Shown: positions 26,944 through 36,790, numbered from the stretch's first letter. The stretch: DNA of 45,386 nt from Lachnospiraceae bacterium (GCA_017401005.1 JAFPRD010000090.1:1-45386); one strand, 5' to 3'. The notes: generated by a model from the letters alone, not told the origin. Made by a program: numbers and translations.

Positions 26944-28626
26944 TTGAGTAAGAAGAAAAATAAAGATAAACCCGCTCTGACAGGGCTTAAGATCATACCT
27001 TTGGGGGGCCTTGAACAGATCGGAATGAATATAACTGCCTTCGAGTACGAAGACAGTATTATTGTAGTGGATTGCGGACTTTCATTCCCGGCTGACGATA
27101 TGCTTGGAGTCGATCTTGTAATCCCGGATGTTACATATTTAAAAGACAATATCGAAAAGGTCAAGGGATTTGTTATCACCCACGGCCATGAGGACCATAT
27201 CGGGGCGCTGCCGTATGTGCTTAAGGATATAAATGTTCCTGTATATGCAACGCGTCTTACTATGGGAATTATTGAGAATAAGCTGACAGAACATGAGCTT
27301 ATGGACGTTACCCGTAGAAAGGTTGTCAAGTTTGGGCAGTTTATAACTCTCGGCAAGTTCAGAGTTGAATTCATCAAGACAAATCACAGTATAGTTGATG
27401 CTGCGGCACTGGCTATATATTCCCCTGCGGGAATAATTGTTCACACAGGTGATTTTAAAGTTGACTATACGCCTGTGTACGGAGATGCCATTGATCTGCA
27501 GAGATTTGCTGATCTCGGACGAAAAGGAGTCCTTGCGATGATGTGCGACTCTACAAATGCCGAAAGACCGGGATATACACCTTCCGAAAAAACCCTCGGA
27601 AGAATGTTTGATAACCTCTTTGAGGAACACAAAAATACAAGAATTTTTGTGGCAACCTTTGCCTCGAATGTTGACAGGGTTCAGCAGATTATCAACTCCG
27701 CTCACAAATTCGGCCGCAAGGTAAGCGTTGAGGGCAGGAGCATGGTTAACATCATCGAGACCGCCCAAAAGCTTGAATGTATCAGTATCCCCGATGATAC
27801 TTTGGTGGATCTTGATCTCATCAAGAACTATCCCCCTGAAAAGCAGGTGATAATTACAACCGGAAGCCAGGGAGAAAGTATGGCGGCCCTAAGCCGTATG
27901 GCTAACGGAACCCACAGAAAGCTGACTATCGGTGCGGGAGATACGGTTATCTTTTCATCTCATCCCATCCCCGGCAACGAAAAGTCCGTTACAAAGATCA
28001 TCAACGAGCTTCTTGCAAAGGGTGCCGATGTAATATTCCAGGACGTACACGTATCAGGACATGCCTGCCAGGAGGAGATAAAACTTATCTACACTCTTGT
28101 CCAGCCTAAGTTCGCAATCCCTGCCCACGGAGAGTTTAAACACCTTAAGGCGCAGGCGAAGATTGCCGAAGAGCTCGGAATGGATAAGGACCACATAAAG
28201 ATCCTGTCCTCCGGAGATGTCCTTGAGTTCGGTGAGGATTATGCTGTAGTTACCGGAAAGGTTCCCACAGGTGATATTCTTGTAGACGGACTGGGAGTCG
28301 GAGATGTCGGTAATGTCGTTTTAAGAGACAGACAGCATCTTGCCGAAGACGGCATAATGATAGTTGTTATGTGCCTTGATGAGATATCCGGCGAGCTGGT
28401 GGCAGGCCCTGATATAGTATCAAGAGGTTTCGTTTATATGAAGGAATCCGAAGATCTTATTGAAGAGGCAAGGCTCCTTGTTCAGGAAACCGTTGAGGGA
28501 TACATTGCCAGACATATTACAGACTGGGGCAAGATAAAATCCGGAACAAAGGACGCGCTCAGCGAGTTTGTCTGGAAAAAGACTAAGCGTCGTCCCATGA
28601 TACTTCCTGTGATCCAGGAGGTTTAA
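26944..28626 (+). CDS. rnj: Ribonuclease J
   Basis: PLGGLEQIGMN, THGHEDHIG, HTGDFK, HVSGHA, AHGE; TTG start with RBS AGGAGG. Confidence 0.95.
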   Translation: MSKKKNKDKPALTGLKIIPLGGLEQIGMNITAFEYEDSIIVVDCGLSFPADDMLGVDLVIPDVTYLKDNIEKVKGFVITHGHEDHIGALPYVLKDINVPVYATRLTMGIIENKLTEHELMDVTRRKVVKFGQFITLGKFRVEFIKTNHSIVDAAALAIYSPAGIIVHTGDFKVDYTPVYGDAIDLQRFADLGRKGVLAMMCDSTNAERPGYTPSEKTLGRMFDNLFEEHKNTRIFVATFASNVDRVQQIINSAHKFGRKVSVEGRSMVNIIETAQKLECISIPDDTLVDLDLIKNYPPEKQVIITTGSQGESMAALSRMANGTHRKLTIGAGDTVIFSSHPIPGNEKSVTKIINELLAKGADVIFQDVHVSGHACQEEIKLIYTLVQPKFAIPAHGEFKHLKAQAKIAEELGMDKDHIKILSSGDVLEFGEDYAVVTGKVPTGDILVDGLGVGDVGNVVLRDRQHLAEDGIMIVVMCLDEISGELVAGPDIVSRGFVYMKESEDLIEEARLLVQETVEGYIARHITDWGKIKSGTKDALSEFVWKKTKRRPMILPVIQEV

Positions 28627-28643
28627 ACTCAGAGGTGTCATTA

Positions 28644-28970
28644 ATGATGAACAAAGAAGTTAAAGACGCTGTAGACAATCTTATAAACACAATAAAGTCG
28701 GATGAGGTTTTCAAGGAGTACCATAAACAGCTTGACCTCTTAAGACAGGAACCTGAGCTGAAAAGGCAGGTTGATGATTTCAGAAAGAGAAATCACGAAA
28801 TGCAGATGAGCGAGGACCTTGATTTTGCTAAACTCACCGCATTTCAGGAGGAGTTTAAGACGCTGCGGGAAAATCCACTTGTGGACAGTTTTCTTGCGGC
28901 AGAGCTTGATTTCTGCAGGATGATGCAGAACATCAATTTTTCTATCGTTGAATCGGTAGATTTTGAATAA
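28644..28970 (+). CDS. YlbF/YmcA family regulator
   Basis: Short helical protein with NPLVDSFLAAE; conserved position after rnj. Confidence 0.75.
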   Translation: MMNKEVKDAVDNLINTIKSDEVFKEYHKQLDLLRQEPELKRQVDDFRKRNHEMQMSEDLDFAKLTAFQEEFKTLRENPLVDSFLAAELDFCRMMQNINFSIVESVDFE

Positions 28971-29004
28971 TGGAAAAAGAAAGACTTTTTCCGAGGATCA
29001 GATT

Positions 29005-29565
29005 ATGAAAAAAAACAGTTCTAACAATGAAATGATCGGCAGAGTTGCCGGCGTAGCAGGAAATGTACTTGATACTGTACTGCAGATTCTTCTTATCGTG
29101 GCGATAGTCCTCGTCATATCAAAAGGGGCCAAGACCGCGTACGATTACGGTTACAGGATTTATACCGAAAAGCCTGTTGCGGCCAGCGTGGGAAAAGACG
29201 TTGAAGTAACAATACCTTTGGATTTCAACGCTCTTGAACTCGGAAAGCTCTTTGAGAGCAAGGGGCTTGTCAGAGATGCAAAACTTCTTGCGCTCCAGTA
29301 CTACGCATCGGAATATCGTGAGTACGTTAAGGGCGGAACCTATACCTTAAGCACTACCATGACAGCCGAGGAGATGTTCGGAGCTATCGCTCAGGTAAAC
29401 ATCGAAAAGGAGGAACTCCTTAAGGAGGCTGAAGAGCAAAAGAAGGCCGAGGAAGAGGCCGCCGCAAAGAAAGCTGAAGAAGCTGAGGAGGATGCGGAAG
29501 AAGGCGGAGTCCAGGAAATTGAAATGGGCGACGATTCAGACCTTACGGAGGACAATGTCAGATGA
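29005..29565 (+). CDS. Short MltG/YceG N-terminal-domain membrane protein with acidic tail
   Basis: Single TM, VEVTIP..LGKLFESKGLV, GTYTLSTTMT; Glu/Ala/Lys-rich C-terminus; RBS GAGGA before ATG 29005. Confidence 0.7.
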   Translation: MKKNSSNNEMIGRVAGVAGNVLDTVLQILLIVAIVLVISKGAKTAYDYGYRIYTEKPVAASVGKDVEVTIPLDFNALELGKLFESKGLVRDAKLLALQYYASEYREYVKGGTYTLSTTMTAEEMFGAIAQVNIEKEELLKEAEEQKKAEEEAAAKKAEEAEEDAEEGGVQEIEMGDDSDLTEDNVR

Positions 29566-30227
29566 CGGAAGATGACAGATTATCCGTCTTTATGAACCTG
29601 ATGGATCGTGGTAACGGTCCTTTTCTGGATCTTATAGAGCAGGAAGCACTTGAGGGCGGAGTGCCGATCATTCGGAGAAGTACCCAGAGTCTCTTGCGAT
29701 TTTTGATAAAGCTTTCAAAGCCGAAACGCATCCTTGAGATAGGGACAGCGGTCGGCTTTTCTGCTTTACTGATGAGCGAGGCGGGTTCCGAAGAGTTAAG
29801 GATAGATACGATTGAAAAGTATGAAAAAAGAATCCCTGAAGCAAAGGCAAACTTTAGGAGAGCTTTTGATGAAAAGGCTTGCAATATGGCCGATCTGTCA
29901 AGGATAACTCTCTACGAGGGAGATGCGTTTGACATACTTCCGACTCTTACGGATGAGTATGACCTTATATTTATGGATGCTGCCAAAGGGCAATACATCA
30001 ACTGGCTTCCGGAGATTATGCGCCTTCTTAAAAAAGGCGGAATGCTTGTATCGGATAACTGCCTGAGAGAGGGAGATATCTGCGAATCCAGGTTCGCAGT
30101 AACAAGAAGAAACCGGACGATCCATTCGAGGATGCGGGAATATATTTACGAGCTTTGCCACAGAGAAGACTTAGAAACCGTACTTTTAAATATAGGGGAC
30201 GGGATGACGCTCAGCACAAAGCTTTAG
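29562..30227 (+). CDS. O-methyltransferase, TrmR/YrrM-like (probable tRNA 5-hydroxyuridine methyltransferase)
   Basis: ILEIGTAVGFSA, DLIFMDAAKGQY; adjacent to a U32 gene as in yrrM-yrrN/O. Confidence 0.85.
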   Translation: MTEDDRLSVFMNLMDRGNGPFLDLIEQEALEGGVPIIRRSTQSLLRFLIKLSKPKRILEIGTAVGFSALLMSEAGSEELRIDTIEKYEKRIPEAKANFRRAFDEKACNMADLSRITLYEGDAFDILPTLTDEYDLIFMDAAKGQYINWLPEIMRLLKKGGMLVSDNCLREGDICESRFAVTRRNRTIHSRMREYIYELCHREDLETVLLNIGDGMTLSTKL

Positions 30228-30266
30228 AAACTTTTTTGGCTTATATTTTTAAAAGCGGAGAATCAG

Positions 30267-31610
30267 ATGAAAGAAAAGAAGAAACCGGAACTGCTTTGCC
30301 CGGCAAGCAGTCTTGAGGTGCTTAAATGCGCGGTTGATTATGGCGCCGACGCGGTATATATAGGCGGAGAGGCTTTTGGACTCAGGGCGAAGGCAAAGAA
30401 TTTTTCTCACGAAGATATGGAAAAGGGTATTGCCTACGCACATTCAAAGGGAGTAAGGGTACACGTTACCGCCAATATTCTTGCGCACAACTACGATCTT
30501 GAAGGCGCAAGAAAATATTTTGAAGAATTAAAGGAACTTGGCCCCGATGCACTTATAGTTGCAGATCCCGGGATGTACAGCATCTGCAGAGAGGTCTGGC
30601 CGGAGGCGGAAATACATATTTCGACTCAGGCGAACAATACAAATTACGAGACATATAAGTTTTGGTGGAGACAGGGGGCAAAGCGAGTAGTCAGCGCAAG
30701 AGAGCTTTCCCTTGTAGAAATAGCGCAGATAAGAAAAAACATCCCTGACGAGATGGAGATAGAAAGCTTTGTTCACGGAGCTATGTGTATTTCATACTCC
30801 GGAAGATGCCTACTTTCCAATTTCTTTACAGGAAGAGATGCCAATCACGGAGCTTGCACCCATCCCTGCAGATGGAAGTACGGAGTATATGAAAAGGAAG
30901 ACGGAGAGCCCGTTTACGCTGTCAGCGAGGAAAGCAGACCGGGTGAGTACCTTCCGGTATATGAAAACGAGAGAGGTACATATATCTTCAATTCCAGAGA
31001 CCTTTGCATGATTGACCATGTACCGGAGCTTGTGGAGGCGGGTATAGACTCCTGGAAGATAGAAGGACGTATGAAAACCGCGCTCTATGTGGCTACTGTT
31101 GCGCGAACTTATCGCAGAGCAATAGATGACTACTTTGAAAGCCCGGAAAAGTATAAAGAGAATATGCCCTGGTACAAAGAGCAGATTGCCAAGTGCACGT
31201 ATCGTAAGTTCTGTACCGGATTCTTTTTCGGAAAACCGGATGAAGACAGCCAGATCTACGACAACAATACCTACTCAAGTGACGCGATCTTCCTTGCAAT
31301 CCCGGAGAAAAAGGTAACGGAAACGGATGAAAACGGCGTAGATAGAACTCTTTTCGGATTTACTCAAAAGAATAAATTCTCCGTGGGCGATGAGATAGAG
31401 ATAATGAAGCCGGACGGAAGGGATATAAAGACAAAGGTCCTTGAAATGTACCATGTTTGTGACGGCAGCAATTTTGAAAAAGAGGAAAAAGAGCGTGTGG
31501 TCATAGACGGAAAAGAATGCATTAAAGTGACGTCCTGTCCTCACGCCGAGGAGAAGGTTTGGACAGTATTTTCCAATGAGCCTGATGTGGGAGATATCCT
31601 TAGGCTGTGA
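30267..31610 (+). CDS. Peptidase U32 family protein (TrhP-like tRNA hydroxylation)
   Basis: PELLCPA, GADAVYIGG, HGAMCISYSGRCLLS, CTHPCRW, KIEGRMK. Confidence 0.9.
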   Translation: MKEKKKPELLCPASSLEVLKCAVDYGADAVYIGGEAFGLRAKAKNFSHEDMEKGIAYAHSKGVRVHVTANILAHNYDLEGARKYFEELKELGPDALIVADPGMYSICREVWPEAEIHISTQANNTNYETYKFWWRQGAKRVVSARELSLVEIAQIRKNIPDEMEIESFVHGAMCISYSGRCLLSNFFTGRDANHGACTHPCRWKYGVYEKEDGEPVYAVSEESRPGEYLPVYENERGTYIFNSRDLCMIDHVPELVEAGIDSWKIEGRMKTALYVATVARTYRRAIDDYFESPEKYKENMPWYKEQIAKCTYRKFCTGFFFGKPDEDSQIYDNNTYSSDAIFLAIPEKKVTETDENGVDRTLFGFTQKNKFSVGDEIEIMKPDGRDIKTKVLEMYHVCDGSNFEKEEKERVVIDGKECIKVTSCPHAEEKVWTVFSNEPDVGDILRL

Positions 31611-31629
31611 TAAAAGAGATTAGTTTTAC

Positions 31630-31658
31630 TTGTATCTGACTTTTTTTTGAGATATTAT
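31630..31658 (+). promoter_or_regulatory. Probable sigmaA promoter for glutamine synthetase III
   Basis: TTGTAT, 17 nt spacer, TATTAT. Confidence 0.5.
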
Positions 31659-31703
31659 TGAAAAAGGGTTTATGCCCAAATGCAACTGAAAGGTATTTAA
31701 AAC

Positions 31704-33815
31704 ATGAGCGAAGCACTTAACGTTGAAGAGTTGTTCGGAAGCAAAGTCTTTAATCTCGGAAAGATGAGAGAGAGACTTCCCAAAGGCGTATTTAAAGAAG
31801 TTAAAAATGTTATGGACCGTGGAGGCGAGCTCTCCAAAGAGTCTGCCGATGTGGTGGCAAAGGCTATGAAGGACTGGGCCGTTGAAAACGGCGCCACACA
31901 CTACACCCACTGGTTCCAGCCTCTCAACGGAATTACTGCCGAGAAGCATGATGCATTCGTTACCCATCCCGATGAGGAAGGCAGAACTCTTATGGAGTTT
32001 TCCGGTAAAGAGCTTATCAAGGGTGAAACGGACGCTTCTTCCTTCCCTTCGGGAGGACTCAGAGCTACATTCGAGGCAAGAGGATATACAGTTTGGGATA
32101 TCACATCTCCCGCGTTCCTTAAAGAGGATGCTACAGGAGTAATCCTTTGCATTCCCACCGCGCTTTGCTCTTATACAGGAGAAGCCCTCGATAAGAAAAC
32201 ACCGCTTCTTCGTTCCATGGAGGCCATAAGCACCCAGGCTCTTCGTATCGTAAGGCTTTTTGGAAATACCGAGGCTACAAAGGTAACCCCTTCTGTCGGT
32301 GCTGAGCAGGAATATTTCCTTGTTGACCATGAAAAATATTTAAAGAGACCTGACCTTATATTCTCGGGAAGAACTCTTTTCGGAGCTCCCGCTCCCAAGG
32401 GACAGGAGCTTGAGGACCATTATTTTGGAGCAATCAGAGAAAGAATCGGTTCTTATATGAAGGACCTTAACATCGAGCTTTGGAAGCTTGGCGTTACCGC
32501 CAAGACCCAGCATAACGAGGTTGCACCTGCGCAGCATGAGCTTGCACCTATCTATGAGACCGCAAATATCGCCGTAGACCATAACCAGCTTGTTATGGAG
32601 ACGATGAAAAAGGTGGCTTGCCGTCACGGCCTTAACTGCCTGCTCCATGAGAAGCCTTTTGCGGGTGTAAACGGATCCGGTAAGCATGACAACTGGTCTC
32701 TTACTACGGACAACGGTGTAAATCTCTTGGATCCCGGAAAGACTCCCAATGAAAATATTCAGTTTCTGCTTGTTCTTGCCTGCATCTTAAAGGCTGTCGA
32801 TATTCATGCCGACCTCCTCAGACAGAGTGCCGCTGATGTGGGAAATGACTTAAGACTTGGCGCTGACGAGGCACCGCCTGCCATCATCTCTGTTTTCCTC
32901 GGAGAACAGCTTGATGACGTTGTAAGACAGCTTATCGAGACCGGAAGCGCAGACCACTCTATCCAGGGTGAAAAGCTTATTACCGGTGTATCCACTCTTA
33001 CAGATATTGAGAAGGACGCAACGGACAGAAACCGTACATCACCTTTTGCATTTACCGGAAACAAGTTTGAATTCCGTATGGTGGGATCCAGCGACTCCAT
33101 TGCCAGCCCCAACACAACTCTTAATGCTATAGTTGCCGAGGCTTTCTGTGAAGCTGCCGACAGACTTGAGAAGGCCGAGAACTTCGATATTGAAGTACAT
33201 GACCTGATCAAGGAATATCTTACCGAGCATCAGAGAATAGTGTTTAACGGTGACGGATATGCAAAGGCATGGGTAGAGGAGGCTGAAAGAAGAGGACTTC
33301 CCAACATCACATGCACCATCGATGCTGCGGCTTCTCTTACTACGGATAAGGCTGTTAAGCTTTTTGAAAAGTTTGGAATATACAGCAAGACCGAGCTTGA
33401 ATCCCGCAAGGAGATCACATACGAGACATACTCAAAGACCACCAATATCGAGGCGCTTACTATGATCGATATGGCGAAGAAGCTCTATATCCCCGCTGTA
33501 ATCGAGTATACAAAGACCCTTGCGGATACGGTAAAGGTTGTCAAGGAAGTAGGCGAAGAGGCTACAGTTCAGGCGCAGGTGCTTAAGAATGTGACCGCCG
33601 AGCTCGGTAAGGCAAGCAAGGCTCTTTCGGAGCTTGAAGCAGCTACCGCAAAAGCTTCTGCCATAAAGAATGCCAAGGATCAGGCGTATGCCTTTAAGGA
33701 TGAGGTAAAGGTATCAATGGATGAACTCAGAAAGGCCATTGATACTCTTGAGACTCTTGTTGATAAGAAAGTATGGCCCGTTCCTTCATACGCCGACCTT
33801 ATTTTCGAAGTTTAG
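31704..33815 (+). CDS. glnA: Glutamine synthetase type III
   Basis: 703 aa; ATHYTHWFQPL, DASSFPSGGLRATFEARGYT, HEKPFAGVNGSGKH, DRNRTSPFAFTGNKFEFR. Confidence 0.95.
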   Translation: MSEALNVEELFGSKVFNLGKMRERLPKGVFKEVKNVMDRGGELSKESADVVAKAMKDWAVENGATHYTHWFQPLNGITAEKHDAFVTHPDEEGRTLMEFSGKELIKGETDASSFPSGGLRATFEARGYTVWDITSPAFLKEDATGVILCIPTALCSYTGEALDKKTPLLRSMEAISTQALRIVRLFGNTEATKVTPSVGAEQEYFLVDHEKYLKRPDLIFSGRTLFGAPAPKGQELEDHYFGAIRERIGSYMKDLNIELWKLGVTAKTQHNEVAPAQHELAPIYETANIAVDHNQLVMETMKKVACRHGLNCLLHEKPFAGVNGSGKHDNWSLTTDNGVNLLDPGKTPNENIQFLLVLACILKAVDIHADLLRQSAADVGNDLRLGADEAPPAIISVFLGEQLDDVVRQLIETGSADHSIQGEKLITGVSTLTDIEKDATDRNRTSPFAFTGNKFEFRMVGSSDSIASPNTTLNAIVAEAFCEAADRLEKAENFDIEVHDLIKEYLTEHQRIVFNGDGYAKAWVEEAERRGLPNITCTIDAAASLTTDKAVKLFEKFGIYSKTELESRKEITYETYSKTTNIEALTMIDMAKKLYIPAVIEYTKTLADTVKVVKEVGEEATVQAQVLKNVTAELGKASKALSELEAATAKASAIKNAKDQAYAFKDEVKVSMDELRKAIDTLETLVDKKVWPVPSYADLIFEV

Positions 33816-33843
33816 TTTTAAAGAATTTATATGTATTTTTTTA

Positions 33844-33880
33844 GGACCCGGTGCTTCTGAATCTGAAGTACCGGGTTTAT
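33844..33880 (+). terminator. Terminator-like hairpin after glnA
   Basis: GACCCGGTGCTTC-loop-GAAGTACCGGGTT with a weak U-tract. Confidence 0.65.
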
Positions 33881-33896
33881 GTGAGGTTTCAGATAA

Positions 33897-34823
33897 ATGT
33901 TATTACTTAAGCAAATGGCTATTCTGTTTATCATTATGATAATCGGATATATATGCCGCAAGATAAAGATGATCACGGACGAGGGCTCGAAAGTTCTGTC
34001 AGCGATTGTTGTAAATGTTGCCAATCCCTGCCTTATACTTTCCGCGGGGATCAATAAAGAAAGTACCGTAAAAGGAGCTATGCTTGCAAAGACTGCGCTC
34101 CTGGCGGTGGGCGTTTTTGCTTTTTTGATCTTAATTGCACTGTTTCTTCCGAGACTTATAAAAGCTAAGCCTGAAAACAGAAGCGTGTACCGGGTTATGA
34201 CCATTTTTTCCAACATAGGATTTATGGGATTTCCCGTGATATCGGCTGTTTACGGAAGTGAAGCGCTGCTGTATGCTTCGATTTTCCTTATTCCGTACAA
34301 TGTTCTTATCTACACATACGGAATCGCGGCTTTGCACGACGGAGATGAAAAGGACAAAACAAATCCGCTTAAGAAGATATTTAATGTGGGTGTTATTGCC
34401 TGTGTACTTACAATAGTCTTCTATCTTACGGGAATCAAAGTGCCGATGGTTATAGAAAATGTAACAACGTCATTAAGCGAACTCACGGCTCCGCTTTCTA
34501 TGATCGTGATAGGCGCGGCTCTCGGAAAGATAAGCCTGAAATCTCTCTTTACAGATTTCAGACTGCTTCTATTCTCTGCGATAAAACTTATAATTATACC
34601 TGTTCTCGGGATGTTTATAGTCAGTTTCCTTAATCTTCCTCCGGAGCTTAACGGAGTTATGCTGATAATGCTGGCGACACCTGTGGGAAGTATGACGGCT
34701 ATGCTGGCACAGCAGTACGGTGGAAATACGGATCTTGCTTCGAGAGGAGTGGCGCTTACAACCCTTTTCTCGGTAGGTACAATCCCCTTAGTTTCCTGGC
34801 TTGTATCATTTTTTATCAAATAG
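33897..34823 (+). CDS. AEC (auxin efflux carrier) family membrane transporter
   Basis: About 10 TM segments; FSNIGFMGFPV and PLSMIVIG motifs. Confidence 0.88.
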   Translation: MLLLKQMAILFIIMIIGYICRKIKMITDEGSKVLSAIVVNVANPCLILSAGINKESTVKGAMLAKTALLAVGVFAFLILIALFLPRLIKAKPENRSVYRVMTIFSNIGFMGFPVISAVYGSEALLYASIFLIPYNVLIYTYGIAALHDGDEKDKTNPLKKIFNVGVIACVLTIVFYLTGIKVPMVIENVTTSLSELTAPLSMIVIGAALGKISLKSLFTDFRLLLFSAIKLIIIPVLGMFIVSFLNLPPELNGVMLIMLATPVGSMTAMLAQQYGGNTDLASRGVALTTLFSVGTIPLVSWLVSFFIK

Positions 34824-34846
34824 CCAAAAAAAATTTAAAAAAAGAC

Positions 34847-34875
34847 TTGCAATTGGCGTCATGTTCGTGTATACT
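34847..34875 (+). promoter_or_regulatory. SigmaA promoter of tRNA-Gln with upstream A-tracts
   Basis: TTGCAA (34847-34852), 17 nt spacer, TATACT (34870-34875); A-rich UP-like element upstream. Confidence 0.75.
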
Positions 34876-34907
34876 TCATTAAGTCGCGCGGATAAATGAC
34901 GCGGTAA

Positions 34908-34979
34908 AGGGCTATAGCCAAATGGTAAGGCAGCGGATTCTGATTCCGTCATTTGGAGGTTCGAGTCCTCCTAGCCCTG
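34908..34979 (+). tRNA. tRNA-Gln(CTG), 3' CCA not encoded
   Basis: Acceptor stem AGGGCTA/TAGCCCT, D-arm GCC..TGGTAA..GGC, anticodon arm GCGGA-TTCTGAT-TCCGT, T-arm GGAGG-TTCGAGT-CCTCC, discriminator G. Confidence 0.96.
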
Positions 34980-34983
34980 CTTG

Positions 34984-35015
34984 AAAACCTGTGAGAGTGA
35001 CTCACAGGTTTTTTT
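34984..35015 (+). terminator. Intrinsic terminator after the tRNA
   Basis: AAAACCTGTGAG-AGTGA-CTCACAGGTTTT plus T run. Confidence 0.85.
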
Positions 35016-35085
35016 CATATTTTGTATGAGATGCAATCGGAGTTTGACTTTTTAACGTTTTACAACTTATGAAGAGGGATTAAAA

Positions 35086-35787
35086 ATGTATTCATTCGAT
35101 TCGAGAGTAGGTTTTAGCAAGGTGGACTTTAAAAAGAAGATCACCATTAACGGGATTGTCGATTATTTTCAGGATGCTTCGACTTTTCATTCCGAGGATC
35201 TCGGAGTCGGGTATGATTATCTTATTCCGAGAAAACTCGGATGGGTTATAAACACATGGCAGATAGATATTGTCAGATATCCCATGTATCTTGAAAGAGT
35301 TCGAATTTGTACGGTACCTTATAAATTCAGAGGTTTCCTCGGATACAGAAACTTTTGGATCGAGGACGAGAAGGGTGAGAAAATCGTTAAGGCAAATTCA
35401 ATGTGGAGCCTTATAGATATCGAGAACATGAAGCCGGCTAAGGTCCCGGAGGATCTTCCGGGGGTATACGGAAGCGCCGAACCGATGGATATGGATTACG
35501 AAAACGGAAAGATCCGTATTCCGCAGTCCGCAGAAAAGAGAAATGAGATCGTAGTTGAGCCTCATTTCCTTGACCCCAATAAACATATGAACAACGGGCA
35601 GTATGTCAATATTGCGGCGTCTTATCTGCCTGAAGAGTTTGAGATAAAAAGGCTTCGGGCGGAATACAGAAACCAGGCCTTTCTCGGAGACAGGATAAAC
35701 CCTGTTTTCGGTTTTGAGGACGGAAAGTACGTGGCTTCGCTTAATAACGAAGAAGGAAAGCCATACTCGGTTATCGAGTTTTCCTAA
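35086..35787 (+). CDS. Acyl-ACP thioesterase (double hotdog fold)
   Basis: DYFQDASTFHSEDLGVG; DPNKHMNN catalytic motif. Confidence 0.88.
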   Translation: MYSFDSRVGFSKVDFKKKITINGIVDYFQDASTFHSEDLGVGYDYLIPRKLGWVINTWQIDIVRYPMYLERVRICTVPYKFRGFLGYRNFWIEDEKGEKIVKANSMWSLIDIENMKPAKVPEDLPGVYGSAEPMDMDYENGKIRIPQSAEKRNEIVVEPHFLDPNKHMNNGQYVNIAASYLPEEFEIKRLRAEYRNQAFLGDRINPVFGFEDGKYVASLNNEEGKPYSVIEFS

Positions 35788-35820
35788 TACCTATAAAGAT
35801 AATCCGGAAAAAATAGAAAA

Positions 35821-35854
35821 ATAAAGAAAAAAATAAAGAAAAAAATAAAGAAAA
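35821..35854. repeat. Short tandem repeat, 12-bp unit ATAAAGAAAAAA, about 2.8 copies
   Basis: Units start at 35821, 35833 and 35845. Confidence 0.75.
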
Positions 35855-35897
35855 GCCCGGCAGCATACCAAGCCGGAAGAAAAGAGGACGGAATAAC

Positions 35898-36743
35898 ATG
35901 TTTAAATTAGGACAGTATCAGACACTTAAAGTAGTAAAACAGGTAGAATTCGGAGTTTATCTCGCGGAGGAAGGCGCTAAGGACGAGCGCATACTTCTCC
36001 CCGCAAGACAGGTTCCCGAAGGAACGAAAGTAGGGGACAGCCTTGAGGTATTTCTCTATAAAGATTCCGAGGACAGACCTATCGCCACAACCCACAGACC
36101 GCTTCTTTCCATGGGAGAGGTTGCAAGACTTAAAGTAAGCCAGGTCACAAAAGTCGGTGCATTTTTATCCTGGGGACTTGATAAGGATCTTTTCCTTCCC
36201 TTCAAGCAGCAGACATATAAAGTATCAGAGGGCGACGAAGTACTTGTCAGCATGTATCTTGATAAGAGCAGCAGGCTTTGCGCTACTATGAACGTATATG
36301 AATGTCTGAGAAATGATTCAACCTATCGTAAGGACAATACCGTAACAGGTACCGTTTACCAGATAAGCCGCAATTTCGGAGCTTTTGTGGCAGTAGACGA
36401 CCTGTACTCGGCGCTCATCCCGGCAAAGGCTATGTTTGGAGCGGCGGGAGAGATCAAAACCGGACAGAAGATTACAGCAAGAGTTGCCTCGGTCCTTCCC
36501 GACGGCAGACTTGAACTTGCCGTAAGAGATAAAGGATATCTCCAGAGAAACGAAGATTCTGAGATGATCCTGCAGCTTATAAAGGATGCGAAGGGAGTAC
36601 TTCCTTTCAGCGATAAGGCATCCCCTGAGCTTATCTTTGAAAAGACCGGTATGAGCAAAGCCCAGTTTAAACGCGCTGTAGGTAAGCTTTTAAAAGACGG
36701 AAAGATAAACATCGGGCCCGACAGAATTGAACTCAGGAAATAG
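35898..36743 (+). CDS. cvfB: S1 RNA-binding domain protein, CvfB/YitL family
   Basis: FGVYL, FLYKDSEDR, GAFLSWGLDKDLFLP, MSKAQFKRAVGKLLK. Confidence 0.85.
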   Translation: MFKLGQYQTLKVVKQVEFGVYLAEEGAKDERILLPARQVPEGTKVGDSLEVFLYKDSEDRPIATTHRPLLSMGEVARLKVSQVTKVGAFLSWGLDKDLFLPFKQQTYKVSEGDEVLVSMYLDKSSRLCATMNVYECLRNDSTYRKDNTVTGTVYQISRNFGAFVAVDDLYSALIPAKAMFGAAGEIKTGQKITARVASVLPDGRLELAVRDKGYLQRNEDSEMILQLIKDAKGVLPFSDKASPELIFEKTGMSKAQFKRAVGKLLKDGKINIGPDRIELRK

Positions 36744-36790
36744 TGCCGTTTTATAAATTCTAAAGAAAAAATAAAGTTATGTAAATTAAC

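Noticed and set aside
34908-35086. tRNA-Gln as an integration site for a genomic island
   Set aside because: No integrase, no duplicated tRNA 3' end seen, and flanking genes are housekeeping types
35086-35787. Acyl-ACP thioesterase as a member of the KS-CLF cluster
   Set aside because: It lies 18 kb away in a separate transcription unit; nothing in the sequence links them
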